A stretch of DNA of 39,449 bases from Campylobacterales bacterium (GTDB lineage Bacteria > Campylobacterota > Campylobacteria > Campylobacterales > QNZT01): assembly GCA_029935075.1 (NCBI GenBank), contig JAOZKZ010000002.1:1-39449 (forward strand), read 5' to 3'. This document shows positions 22,995 through 31,300 of this stretch, in pieces. Within the stretch, counting starts at the first letter, position 1, and each line of letters opens with the position of its first letter. Made by a program: the position numbers and the translations under genes. The notes beneath the pieces are model-generated. The model had not been told where the DNA came from, did no database searches, and saw only the letters and a program-made list of their open reading frames with translations.

Positions 22995-23687
22995 ATGGCT
23001 TATTTAGACGAGATACATGCTCTTTTGCCTGATAACGGAGAAGCCGAGATATCAGCAGAAGATATAAGAACATCTTTTGATATTATAGACTCAAATTTAG
23101 GAAAACTGGTAAAATTAGATACTGGTTATAAAATTCAACAAGATTATACAAACTTTGGAACCCCAGGGCTGAACTCTGTGGACATAAGTACACAAACGAA
23201 TATAGATATTCTAAACGGAACCACAGGGATTAGTTCTTTCTGCCAAGGTATAGGCACAAGAAATGCTAACTACACTGGGGTTTCTTTAGGTTATTATAAT
23301 AACAACTTACCTGATACATTACTAGAAATAGGAAACGGGACCCTAAACTCACGGGCTAATGTTCTTGAAGTCTATAACACTGGGTTAGTAACCGCACCAG
23401 GTTTGACTCTTGCTTTGATTAATCAAAACGGAAATGGCACCATTGCTACTAAAGAATATGTAAACCAACAGAATCTCAATATTCAAGAAACTGACTTCAC
23501 GGGTAATAATGTACAAGAGGATTTTATTATCACAAGGGTTCCTGTTTATATTCAAGTATTTAATAAAGGGATAAAAGAACAAGCAGGTGTTAACTATACT
23601 TTGGCTAATGACGGCTCAGAAACCACTATTACATTCATCACAGCACCTGATACAAGTGCATGGGTACAAATTGTAACATACGGTTAA
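22995..23687 (+). CDS. fibre-like protein with the shared N-module
   Basis: The N-terminus reads IHALLPDNGEAEISAEDIRTSFDII. Confidence 0.6.
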   Translation: MAYLDEIHALLPDNGEAEISAEDIRTSFDIIDSNLGKLVKLDTGYKIQQDYTNFGTPGLNSVDISTQTNIDILNGTTGISSFCQGIGTRNANYTGVSLGYYNNNLPDTLLEIGNGTLNSRANVLEVYNTGLVTAPGLTLALINQNGNGTIATKEYVNQQNLNIQETDFTGNNVQEDFIITRVPVYIQVFNKGIKEQAGVNYTLANDGSETTITFITAPDTSAWVQIVTYG

Positions 23688-23695
23688 GGCTAAGA

Positions 23696-23935
23696 ATGCA
23701 GAAAAGAAACCCTGTTTTTACATTTGATGATGTCACTTCTTTAGGTATCAATGCGGTACCATTAGATAACACTGTATTGGTAGTAGATTATGATGGACTT
23801 GGGAATGCTTTACAGGTAGTAAAGATAAAAAACACTGGAATGGGTGATTTGAGTACTATTCATGATTTTTTAAATGATGAGAGTTTATATAATTATGTTA
23901 AAACTATGCTTGACATAGACGGAGGAAATTTTTAA
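23696..23935 (+). CDS. hypothetical virion-associated protein
   Basis: The track ORF starts at 23660, but that start overlaps the upstream gene. The internal ATG at 23696 (MQKRNPVF...) follows an AAGG and avoids the overlap. Confidence 0.45.
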   Translation: MQKRNPVFTFDDVTSLGINAVPLDNTVLVVDYDGLGNALQVVKIKNTGMGDLSTIHDFLNDESLYNYVKTMLDIDGGNF

Positions 23936-24807
23936 TGAGCAAAGAAATACAAAACGAGACTACAAATTTATTTTTAGATAATATAGTAGGTAATATAACC
24001 GCTGATGATTTAAGATCATTTGTTGATAATGTTTGGATAGATAAAGAAAACCCTATCCATAAGATAACAAACCTAAGTGATATAGAGACAGTAGAACTTG
24101 GTAAAATAGATAAAGATGACACAATTTTATGTACACAAGGTACAGACGAAGGTGTTTATATAGCTTTGGTTAAAAACCCTACTCGAGAGGACCTACAAAA
24201 AGTTAATTCTCAAACATCGGAACTTCCAGAGGGAGACGATGGGCAGATACTAACCCTTGAAAATCAACTACCTCAGTGGATAGATAAAGATTTTTATTTT
24301 CAGGTTATAGACACAATGCCTATTGATGATATTCTGGCACTAAGACCAAAACCAGGTAGTACTTATGTGGCACTGGAAAGCAGTGCTACTGCTTCTATAC
24401 CAGGCGAAAAAGGTGACGGGTATACATGGGATGGATTTCATTGGGCAAACTTTGGTCAACTAAGAGGACCTGAAGGTGAAGTAGTCTATGCTACTATTTA
24501 TGATACTTTTAGTGATATAGACAACAAAGCAGTAACACCACAAGGATTAAACTTATTTGTTAATAGGTCTTATAGAGCATATTATGCTGGTGCGGTGCCA
24601 ACACCAGCACAATTAATAGCCTTATTAAATAGTAAGCTTACTAATTGGAAAGGCAAACCATTTAGGTTTATTTTACAAGATTCGGTGAGTATTGACGCTA
24701 TTCCATTGAAGACATACGCAATAGATTACATTCCCGAAGGTACAGGCGATGCAGGTTCTGCTAATACCGTGGATAAATTCTACCTTCAATTAATAACAAG
24801 TCTGTAA
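23935..24807 (+). CDS. fibre-like protein with the shared N-module
   Basis: The N-terminus reads TTNLFLDNIVGNITADDLRSFVDNVW, and GTDEGVYIALVKNP matches GTDTGLYLSLINQP of 19353. Confidence 0.6.
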   Translation: MSKEIQNETTNLFLDNIVGNITADDLRSFVDNVWIDKENPIHKITNLSDIETVELGKIDKDDTILCTQGTDEGVYIALVKNPTREDLQKVNSQTSELPEGDDGQILTLENQLPQWIDKDFYFQVIDTMPIDDILALRPKPGSTYVALESSATASIPGEKGDGYTWDGFHWANFGQLRGPEGEVVYATIYDTFSDIDNKAVTPQGLNLFVNRSYRAYYAGAVPTPAQLIALLNSKLTNWKGKPFRFILQDSVSIDAIPLKTYAIDYIPEGTGDAGSANTVDKFYLQLITSL

Positions 24808-24825
24808 CAAGCAAAAGGAATAATA

Positions 24826-27800
24826 ATGAATAAACCAGTAATAACTACCCAAGAAATATGGGCACAAGGAGCAACTCCACCAAATAAACTCAAGCCAGTC
24901 CAGACCAAGATATCACAAGGCTGGAGCTACGGGGAAAAACCACCTCATAATGAGTTTAACTGGTTTTTCGATGTTACTTCTGAAATGTTTTTAAATATAC
25001 AAGAAAATGGAGTACCATCATGGTCAGGAGATATTAGTTATAATACTAGTGCATTGGCATGGTATGACAATAAAACATGGAAGAGCCTTGAACCTAATAA
25101 CACTAACCACATACCTATGGTTTCTTCTTTATGGTGGAAAGAACTTACTTTAAGTGCATTTATACCTACTTTAGATACCCCTGTGTTATCGGGTGTTTCT
25201 GAAGCATTTGAGGAAACCAGTATAGAGATCATTATAGATAATTATGATTCTTTGGGTACTTATACACTTTATGCCAATCAAGGCACTTATTATAGGACTG
25301 GGGATACCATCACATGGAATATACCAGATGTTCCTATAGACACCAATACTGTTATGGAAGTTTATATTGATAAATTAAATTATTACACATCAGTAACAGG
25401 GGAACATAATGTATTAATAAAAAATATATCTATAGTAGATGACCAAATATTATTGTATAATTCAATAACCATGGATGCTTTTGATGATTTAGTTAATACT
25501 GAACTTTCATCCCTTGATGCTGTTGAGGTAGACACTACGGATGTATTGGATAATGCTTATACTAGCACTACTTCTACAATCTATCTTGATAATAATATGG
25601 TAGATGTGCAAGTAGGCGAAACAATAACTACTGATAATGAGAGTTTTGTAGTTCAAGCAGTAGATAATGATGGTAATTATACAGACCATTATACAAAATA
25701 CTGGGTCACTCCAGTATCTATTTTATCTCAAATCCCTGTTACGGCTTATTTAAATACACACAGAGCAAGATCAACAGATGTAATACAAGATGGCGGAGAT
25801 AATGATTGGACTGGGATTAATAATTCAAGTACAATAGAAAATCCAATAGATGTAAGAGATGATCATCGGGCTTCTGGTACAAGTATTATTTATTTAGACA
25901 ATTCAAGAGTAGAAGCAAGAGTAGGTGAGACTTATTGTTCTGAACTGGGTGATACTTTTATTGTAGAGACTATTAACAATGATGGAACCAAGAATAGTAT
26001 TGATGGTGTTGATATAATATCATGTGGAGTAGCCCACACCATGGTCATAAGAAATGGTGGAGAAGTATGGGGTACAGGGGGAAATGCTTATGGTCAGCTG
26101 GGTACTGGAAATAATGATAATGAGTCCACATTTATCAGAGAAGATCTTGAGATAGAGGATGCCGAACAAATAGCATGCGGTGAATATTTTACTATAATAA
26201 TAAGAAATGGTGGAGAAGTATGGGGGACAGGGTATAATAGTCATGGTCAGCTGGGTCTCGATAACACAGGACATAAGAACACTTTTTTGAGAGAGTCACA
26301 AAATTTCACTGATGCTAAACAAGTAGCATGTGGATTACACCATACGGCTGTCATAAGAAATTTAGGTCAATTATGGAGTAGTGGTTTAAATGATGATGGT
26401 GAACTGGGTTTAAATAATAGAGATCCCAAATCAACATTAACCAGAGAAAGCCAAGAATTTACTGATATAGAACGAGTATCAGCTGGTCAACAATATACAT
26501 CTGTTATAAAAGATGGGCAGGTATGGGGTACTGGGAACAATGGCAGTGGTGAATTGGGTACTAATAATAAAAATAATCAGTCAACATTAACCAGAGAAGC
26601 CCTTGAGATAGAGGATGCCGAACAAATAGCATGTGGATATTTTCATACTGTTATTATACGAGATGGTGGTCAACTATGGACCACGGGTCGTAATAATTAT
26701 GGTCAACACGGAAATGGCACCAATAATAATAAATCTACCTTTACCAGAGAATCACAAGAATTTACTGATGTAGATAAAATAGCTACTGGACGAAATCAAA
26801 CAATCATTGCAAGAAATGGTCAGGTATGGGGAGTAGGTCGAAATGACCATGGTCAATTAGGTATTGGTAATGTATCAACCCAATATTTATTTATCAGAGA
26901 AGTTGAAAATCTTACTAATGTTACTAATGTTGCTTGTAGTGAATTTTTTTCTATGGCTATAAGTGATCAGCAAGTATGGGGCACTGGGGAAAATGCGCTT
27001 GGGCGACTAGGTACAAATGATACTACAGACAGGCGTACATTCAGCAGGGATGCTAGAGAGATTGATGATGTGCTATCATCTTCTTCTTATTATTTAAAAT
27101 ATTGGGTAAATCCTGTAGAAAACCTTCAAGCAGTGCCTTTTAAAGTATATCCTTTGGTTAATATTACTTTAAAAACCACGGAAGAAGATGTTGATTTAAT
27201 ACCCGATAATATCGACTTAAACAGCATCGTAGGTGGAACAGATATGATAGATTTAGATTGGGCAAGCACTACTACATCGGTTTATATAGACAATGAATTT
27301 TTTAATGTTAAGATGGGCGATACTTATGTTTCTGATACTGGAGAACCTTTTAGTGTTGAGGTTGTTAATAATGATGGAAATACTATTTTGACTAATGTTA
27401 AGGTCGTGGCAGTAGGTGAGTATCATACCATGGTTATAAGAAATAATGGAGAAGTATGGGGTACAGGAAAGAACTACAATGGGGAACTAGGATCTGTGGG
27501 TGATAATTATAGATCTAAATTTACCAGAGAATCACGAAATATAGATGATGCTCTGGGTATTTCTTGTGGAGACAAGAGCACCATGATAATAAGAGAAGGG
27601 GGTCAAGTATGGGGCACTGGGGAAAACAACTATGGTGAATTAGGTACAAATGACCAATATGATAGGACTAAGTTTACCAGAGAATCACAAAATTTCACTG
27701 GGGTTACAGATATATCATGTGGACATAATTTTACAATGATTGTAAAATCAGGAGAGGTTTGGAGTACTGGGCGTAATTATGGTCAGTTTGGTATAAATAA

Positions 27801-28677
27801 CACTAATAATAAAAAAACCTTTACTAGAGAAATTTTGCATATAGATGATGCTGAACAAATAGCATGTGGACATGACCATGCCATGATAATAAGAGAAGGG
27901 GGTCAAGTATGGGGAGCAGGACTAAATGACTATGGTCAATTAGCTATTAATAATAGATATGATCAAAGAACTTTTATTAGAGAATACCTTGGTATACATG
28001 ATGCTGAACAAATAGCATGTGGCAAACAGATTACCATGATTGTAAAGTCAGGACAGGCATGGGGGTCTGGGGTTAACGGTGACGGAGAACTAGGAAATGA
28101 TCACCTAAGTTATATAACCACCTTTACTAGAGAATCTTTACATATAGATAATGTTGAACAAGTAGCATGTGGTCGCAATTATAGTATGCTTATATCTAAT
28201 GGTCAAGTATATGGAACAGGGCGTAACCCTTATGGTCCGCTGGGCACTGATGATACTAGTGAGAAACATAACTTTACCAGAGACGATCAAAACACCATTA
28301 ATGCTGAAGATATATCCTGTGGGGGTAATTATGGTACTAGTATGATCATAAAAGACGGGCAGGTGTGGGGTTCTGGTTATAACTACAACGGAGAATTAGG
28401 TACAAATAACCGTACGAATTATTCTATATTTACTAGGGATGATAGAGAAATAGATGATGTAGTGATGCCAAAAACGTACCATGATAGATACTGGATAACA
28501 CCAACTAAACCACTCACCATATTACCTACAGCAGTGTATACATATACACCTACAGTAATAAACCAAGAGTTCAAGGACGAGATTATTAATCCTACAAGAA
28601 GTTTTAAAACAATAGTATATTTGCCCGATTTGGCTAAGATGGAGGAATTCACAGGGACTTTATTGAAAACCTTATAA
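24826..28677 (+). CDS. giant tail-fibre-like protein with two 7-bladed RCC1-repeat propellers
   Basis: The N-terminal GWSYGEKPPHNEFNWFF is a common tail-fibre motif. It carries 14 repeats of the type CGxxHTxxIxxGGxVWGTGxNxxGQLG, in two sets of seven (about 26000..27050 and 27400..28470). Confidence 0.8.
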   Translation: MNKPVITTQEIWAQGATPPNKLKPVQTKISQGWSYGEKPPHNEFNWFFDVTSEMFLNIQENGVPSWSGDISYNTSALAWYDNKTWKSLEPNNTNHIPMVSSLWWKELTLSAFIPTLDTPVLSGVSEAFEETSIEIIIDNYDSLGTYTLYANQGTYYRTGDTITWNIPDVPIDTNTVMEVYIDKLNYYTSVTGEHNVLIKNISIVDDQILLYNSITMDAFDDLVNTELSSLDAVEVDTTDVLDNAYTSTTSTIYLDNNMVDVQVGETITTDNESFVVQAVDNDGNYTDHYTKYWVTPVSILSQIPVTAYLNTHRARSTDVIQDGGDNDWTGINNSSTIENPIDVRDDHRASGTSIIYLDNSRVEARVGETYCSELGDTFIVETINNDGTKNSIDGVDIISCGVAHTMVIRNGGEVWGTGGNAYGQLGTGNNDNESTFIREDLEIEDAEQIACGEYFTIIIRNGGEVWGTGYNSHGQLGLDNTGHKNTFLRESQNFTDAKQVACGLHHTAVIRNLGQLWSSGLNDDGELGLNNRDPKSTLTRESQEFTDIERVSAGQQYTSVIKDGQVWGTGNNGSGELGTNNKNNQSTLTREALEIEDAEQIACGYFHTVIIRDGGQLWTTGRNNYGQHGNGTNNNKSTFTRESQEFTDVDKIATGRNQTIIARNGQVWGVGRNDHGQLGIGNVSTQYLFIREVENLTNVTNVACSEFFSMAISDQQVWGTGENALGRLGTNDTTDRRTFSRDAREIDDVLSSSSYYLKYWVNPVENLQAVPFKVYPLVNITLKTTEEDVDLIPDNIDLNSIVGGTDMIDLDWASTTTSVYIDNEFFNVKMGDTYVSDTGEPFSVEVVNNDGNTILTNVKVVAVGEYHTMVIRNNGEVWGTGKNYNGELGSVGDNYRSKFTRESRNIDDALGISCGDKSTMIIREGGQVWGTGENNYGELGTNDQYDRTKFTRESQNFTGVTDISCGHNFTMIVKSGEVWSTGRNYGQFGINNTNNKKTFTREILHIDDAEQIACGHDHAMIIREGGQVWGAGLNDYGQLAINNRYDQRTFIREYLGIHDAEQIACGKQITMIVKSGQAWGSGVNGDGELGNDHLSYITTFTRESLHIDNVEQVACGRNYSMLISNGQVYGTGRNPYGPLGTDDTSEKHNFTRDDQNTINAEDISCGGNYGTSMIIKDGQVWGSGYNYNGELGTNNRTNYSIFTRDDREIDDVVMPKTYHDRYWITPTKPLTILPTAVYTYTPTVINQEFKDEIINPTRSFKTIVYLPDLAKMEEFTGTLLKTL

Positions 28678-28680
28678 ATA
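28673..28680 (+). promoter_or_regulatory. T4-type late promoter TATAAATA
   Basis: An exact match overlaps the stop codon of 24826..28677. Confidence 0.55.
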
Positions 28681-28722
28681 AACCAGAAAAGAGAATGAAA
28701 GAGAAGGAAAGAGAGGAAAGAG

Positions 28723-30891
28723 ATGAAAGAGAACGAAGAAATAATATCTTTATTGAAGAATAAAGAATACCAAAAAGGCATAGACCTTTTTGAAAAAATA
28801 GACCCAGTAAACTCAGGGTTCACCATAAACGAAAAGATAAACTTATATCATAACATAGGCATAGCTTATTTTCAATTTGACCGTTTCGAGGAAGCCAGGG
28901 TGTATTATAAAAAAGCCCTTGCCCTTACCCCAGACACACAAAATACCAATAAAACAGACATTGCTGTGTGTATCCTTGACCTAACCGTGGGAAACTTCAG
29001 TGATGCTTTTGTTAAATATTACCTAAGATGGCTTGATAAAGAATCCGCTGTAGGTTGGTCCCCTAACCTACCAATGGCCACAAAGCCAGAAAATATCCTA
29101 AACCGCAGGGTACTTGTTTTACCAGAGCAAGGCTTCGGTGACGAGATAATGACCTCTTTATGTTACGAATGGCTGTCTAATAATGTAGAATATGCCTTTG
29201 TAAGAGTAAGAGCACCTATGCTTAATTTGATAAAAAAACTCTATCAAAAGAAATACGATAATTTGACATTTTTTGCAGAGGAATCAGAATTCGATGGAAA
29301 AGTGATCCCTAAGTTTGATATACAAGTAGCATCCATGGAAGTCTTTGGTTTTTATTACCTTATTAATAAAACACACCCCCAGACCAAATTCAATTTTAAA
29401 ACTAAAACCAATAAAAAATTAAAAATAGGCATAGCCCCTTATACTCTACCAGGGAGCGAAAACTTCCTTAAAAAGAACATCAATCCATTAGTATTTGAAA
29501 ACCACGGCATAGATATAGAGATAGTCCAGACTTTAACCCCTGAACACCCAAGCCTGCCTGATTTTTTAAAAGACACAAGGAAGATTCCCCTGGGGAGTGA
29601 TTTCTTATTTACTGCTGAAAGGCTCCTTGAGTATGATTATCTTTTCGTCACCGACACGGCAGTAGCACACCTGGCAGGGCTTCTTGGGCTCAGGGCTTAT
29701 GTGATTATTTCAGATTATCTTGACTGGAGATGGGAGCACATGAATATGTATCCCAGTGTCAAGGTAATACAATATTCTGATGTGCCAAAAGAGATAGAAA
29801 AATTAAAATTAGAAAATGAACCAAAGCATATACGAGGGGAAGAAAGAATCCAGATAAACAAAAAAATAGATAAATTTATCAAGAAAAATGATTACAAAAA
29901 TGCCCTAAAATACATGCTAAAGTTAGACTACGATCACCTAGACAATAAAAACAAGGCTCGTCATCTAAATGGGCTTGGGTTCTTATTCAATAAGACAGAT
30001 AACCCAAAGGCTAAAAAGTATCTTAAAAAGGCTACTGAACTGGATCAACAACACATAGGAAACCTGTATACTTATTTACTAAATCAGGGTGATTTCAAAG
30101 AAGGGTTTGAAATTTACCACCACAGATGGATGACAGATAAAAATAAAATAGAATTTTGTGATCTTAAAGTAGTTACTAAACCAGAGCAAATAAAAAATAA
30201 AACAGTCTTGATGATATCAGAGCAAGGTCTTGGTGATGATATTATGAGTACTTTGGTTTTAGAATGGCTTAGTAAAAATACAAAGTTTGTTTATTTTCAG
30301 GTAAGAGGTGCTTTGTTTGAGTTATTTAAAGAACTTTATCACTACGATAACATAGAGTTTATTTTAGAAAAAACCCCTTATATAATACAAGAATGTGATA
30401 TACAACTGGCATCTATGGATGCTTTTAGTTTTTATTATCAAATGAATAATAAAATTCCAGAGCACAAAGGAACACCAAAAGAACAAAAAAATATTAAAAA
30501 AATAGGTATTGCTTTTTATTGCTCACCAAGATCAAGCACTGCCTTAGCCAGAAATTATAATCCAGGGGTTTTTAAAAATTTCAATTTCGATTACACCATA
30601 GTCCAGACTATAATACCTGGGCACCCTAGTCTACCAAGGTTTCTTGAAAATACACCAAGAATACCAGAAGATGAAGATTTCTTATATACTTCAAAAATAA
30701 TAAAAGAACAAGATCTTATCATTACAGCGGATACCGCAATCGCCCACTTGGCTGGCATTCTTGATATTCCTACTTATGTAGTGATAAATAAACACAGGGA
30801 TTGGAGATTTTGCCAAACCAAAATGTACCCATCAGTTAGAACAATAGAACTAAAAGAACTTAAGCCTTTGTTGAAAAGTTTATCGTTATAA
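28723..30891 (+). CDS. tandem-duplicated TPR plus GT9-like (heptosyltransferase-fold) putative glycosyltransferase
   Basis: The two halves align with each other: VLVLPEQGFGDEIMTSLCYEWL / VLMISEQGLGDDIMSTLVLEWL, and TDTAVAHLAGLLGL / ADTAIAHLAGILDI. Each half is preceded by TPR-like helices. Confidence 0.6.
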   Translation: MKENEEIISLLKNKEYQKGIDLFEKIDPVNSGFTINEKINLYHNIGIAYFQFDRFEEARVYYKKALALTPDTQNTNKTDIAVCILDLTVGNFSDAFVKYYLRWLDKESAVGWSPNLPMATKPENILNRRVLVLPEQGFGDEIMTSLCYEWLSNNVEYAFVRVRAPMLNLIKKLYQKKYDNLTFFAEESEFDGKVIPKFDIQVASMEVFGFYYLINKTHPQTKFNFKTKTNKKLKIGIAPYTLPGSENFLKKNINPLVFENHGIDIEIVQTLTPEHPSLPDFLKDTRKIPLGSDFLFTAERLLEYDYLFVTDTAVAHLAGLLGLRAYVIISDYLDWRWEHMNMYPSVKVIQYSDVPKEIEKLKLENEPKHIRGEERIQINKKIDKFIKKNDYKNALKYMLKLDYDHLDNKNKARHLNGLGFLFNKTDNPKAKKYLKKATELDQQHIGNLYTYLLNQGDFKEGFEIYHHRWMTDKNKIEFCDLKVVTKPEQIKNKTVLMISEQGLGDDIMSTLVLEWLSKNTKFVYFQVRGALFELFKELYHYDNIEFILEKTPYIIQECDIQLASMDAFSFYYQMNNKIPEHKGTPKEQKNIKKIGIAFYCSPRSSTALARNYNPGVFKNFNFDYTIVQTIIPGHPSLPRFLENTPRIPEDEDFLYTSKIIKEQDLIITADTAIAHLAGILDIPTYVVINKHRDWRFCQTKMYPSVRTIELKELKPLLKSLSL

Positions 30892-30894
30892 ATA
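30887..30894 (+). promoter_or_regulatory. T4-type late promoter TATAAATA
   Basis: An exact match overlaps the stop codon of 28723..30891 and lies 16 nt before the next ATG. Confidence 0.55.
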
Positions 30895-30910
30895 AACAAA
30901 AAGGAAAAAC

Positions 30911-31291
30911 ATGCTTGAAAGAACTACAATAGTAAGAGGAGCATTAAGAAGCCCTGCGGTAAGAGAAGTAATAAATACTGATAAAAAAATAGACAAAAAA
31001 AATCTTCAAAGATACACAATACAAAATGAAGTATTTGACCTAGAAGACTCAGTAGCCGATAATGCCAAAATGATTGCTCTGCTGATGAAATTGTGCTCTA
31101 GGTTTTACGATACATTCACCGATACTCAAAAAGCAAGACTATCGGCTGAAGACAAAACACTAATAGAATACACATTTTCAAAACACCTTGAAACAGAAAC
31201 AAGAGGTGATGTTCAACTTGCGAATGAAGGCACAGAAATGATAGACAGAGTTTTTGATAGACAAGCTCAAGTTAGTACTATAATAAACTAA
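30911..31291 (+). CDS. hypothetical late protein
   Basis: ORF of 126 aa preceded by AAAGGAAAAAC. No motif recognised. Confidence 0.55.
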   Translation: MLERTTIVRGALRSPAVREVINTDKKIDKKNLQRYTIQNEVFDLEDSVADNAKMIALLMKLCSRFYDTFTDTQKARLSAEDKTLIEYTFSKHLETETRGDVQLANEGTEMIDRVFDRQAQVSTIIN

Positions 31292-31300
31292 AGGAAAAAT

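Noticed and set aside
24826-28677. The repeat-rich fibre gene considered as a diversity-generating retroelement target
   Set aside because: There is no reverse transcriptase ORF and no template-repeat/variable-repeat pair with adenine-specific differences in the window. The repeats are ordinary RCC1 blades.
28695-28763. A 22-codon upstream ORF (MKEKEREERDERERRNNIFIEE) overlapping the start of the TPR/GT gene
   Set aside because: It is a purine-rich GAAAGAGA repeat tract that more plausibly acts as the ribosome-binding region. There is no independent support for translation.
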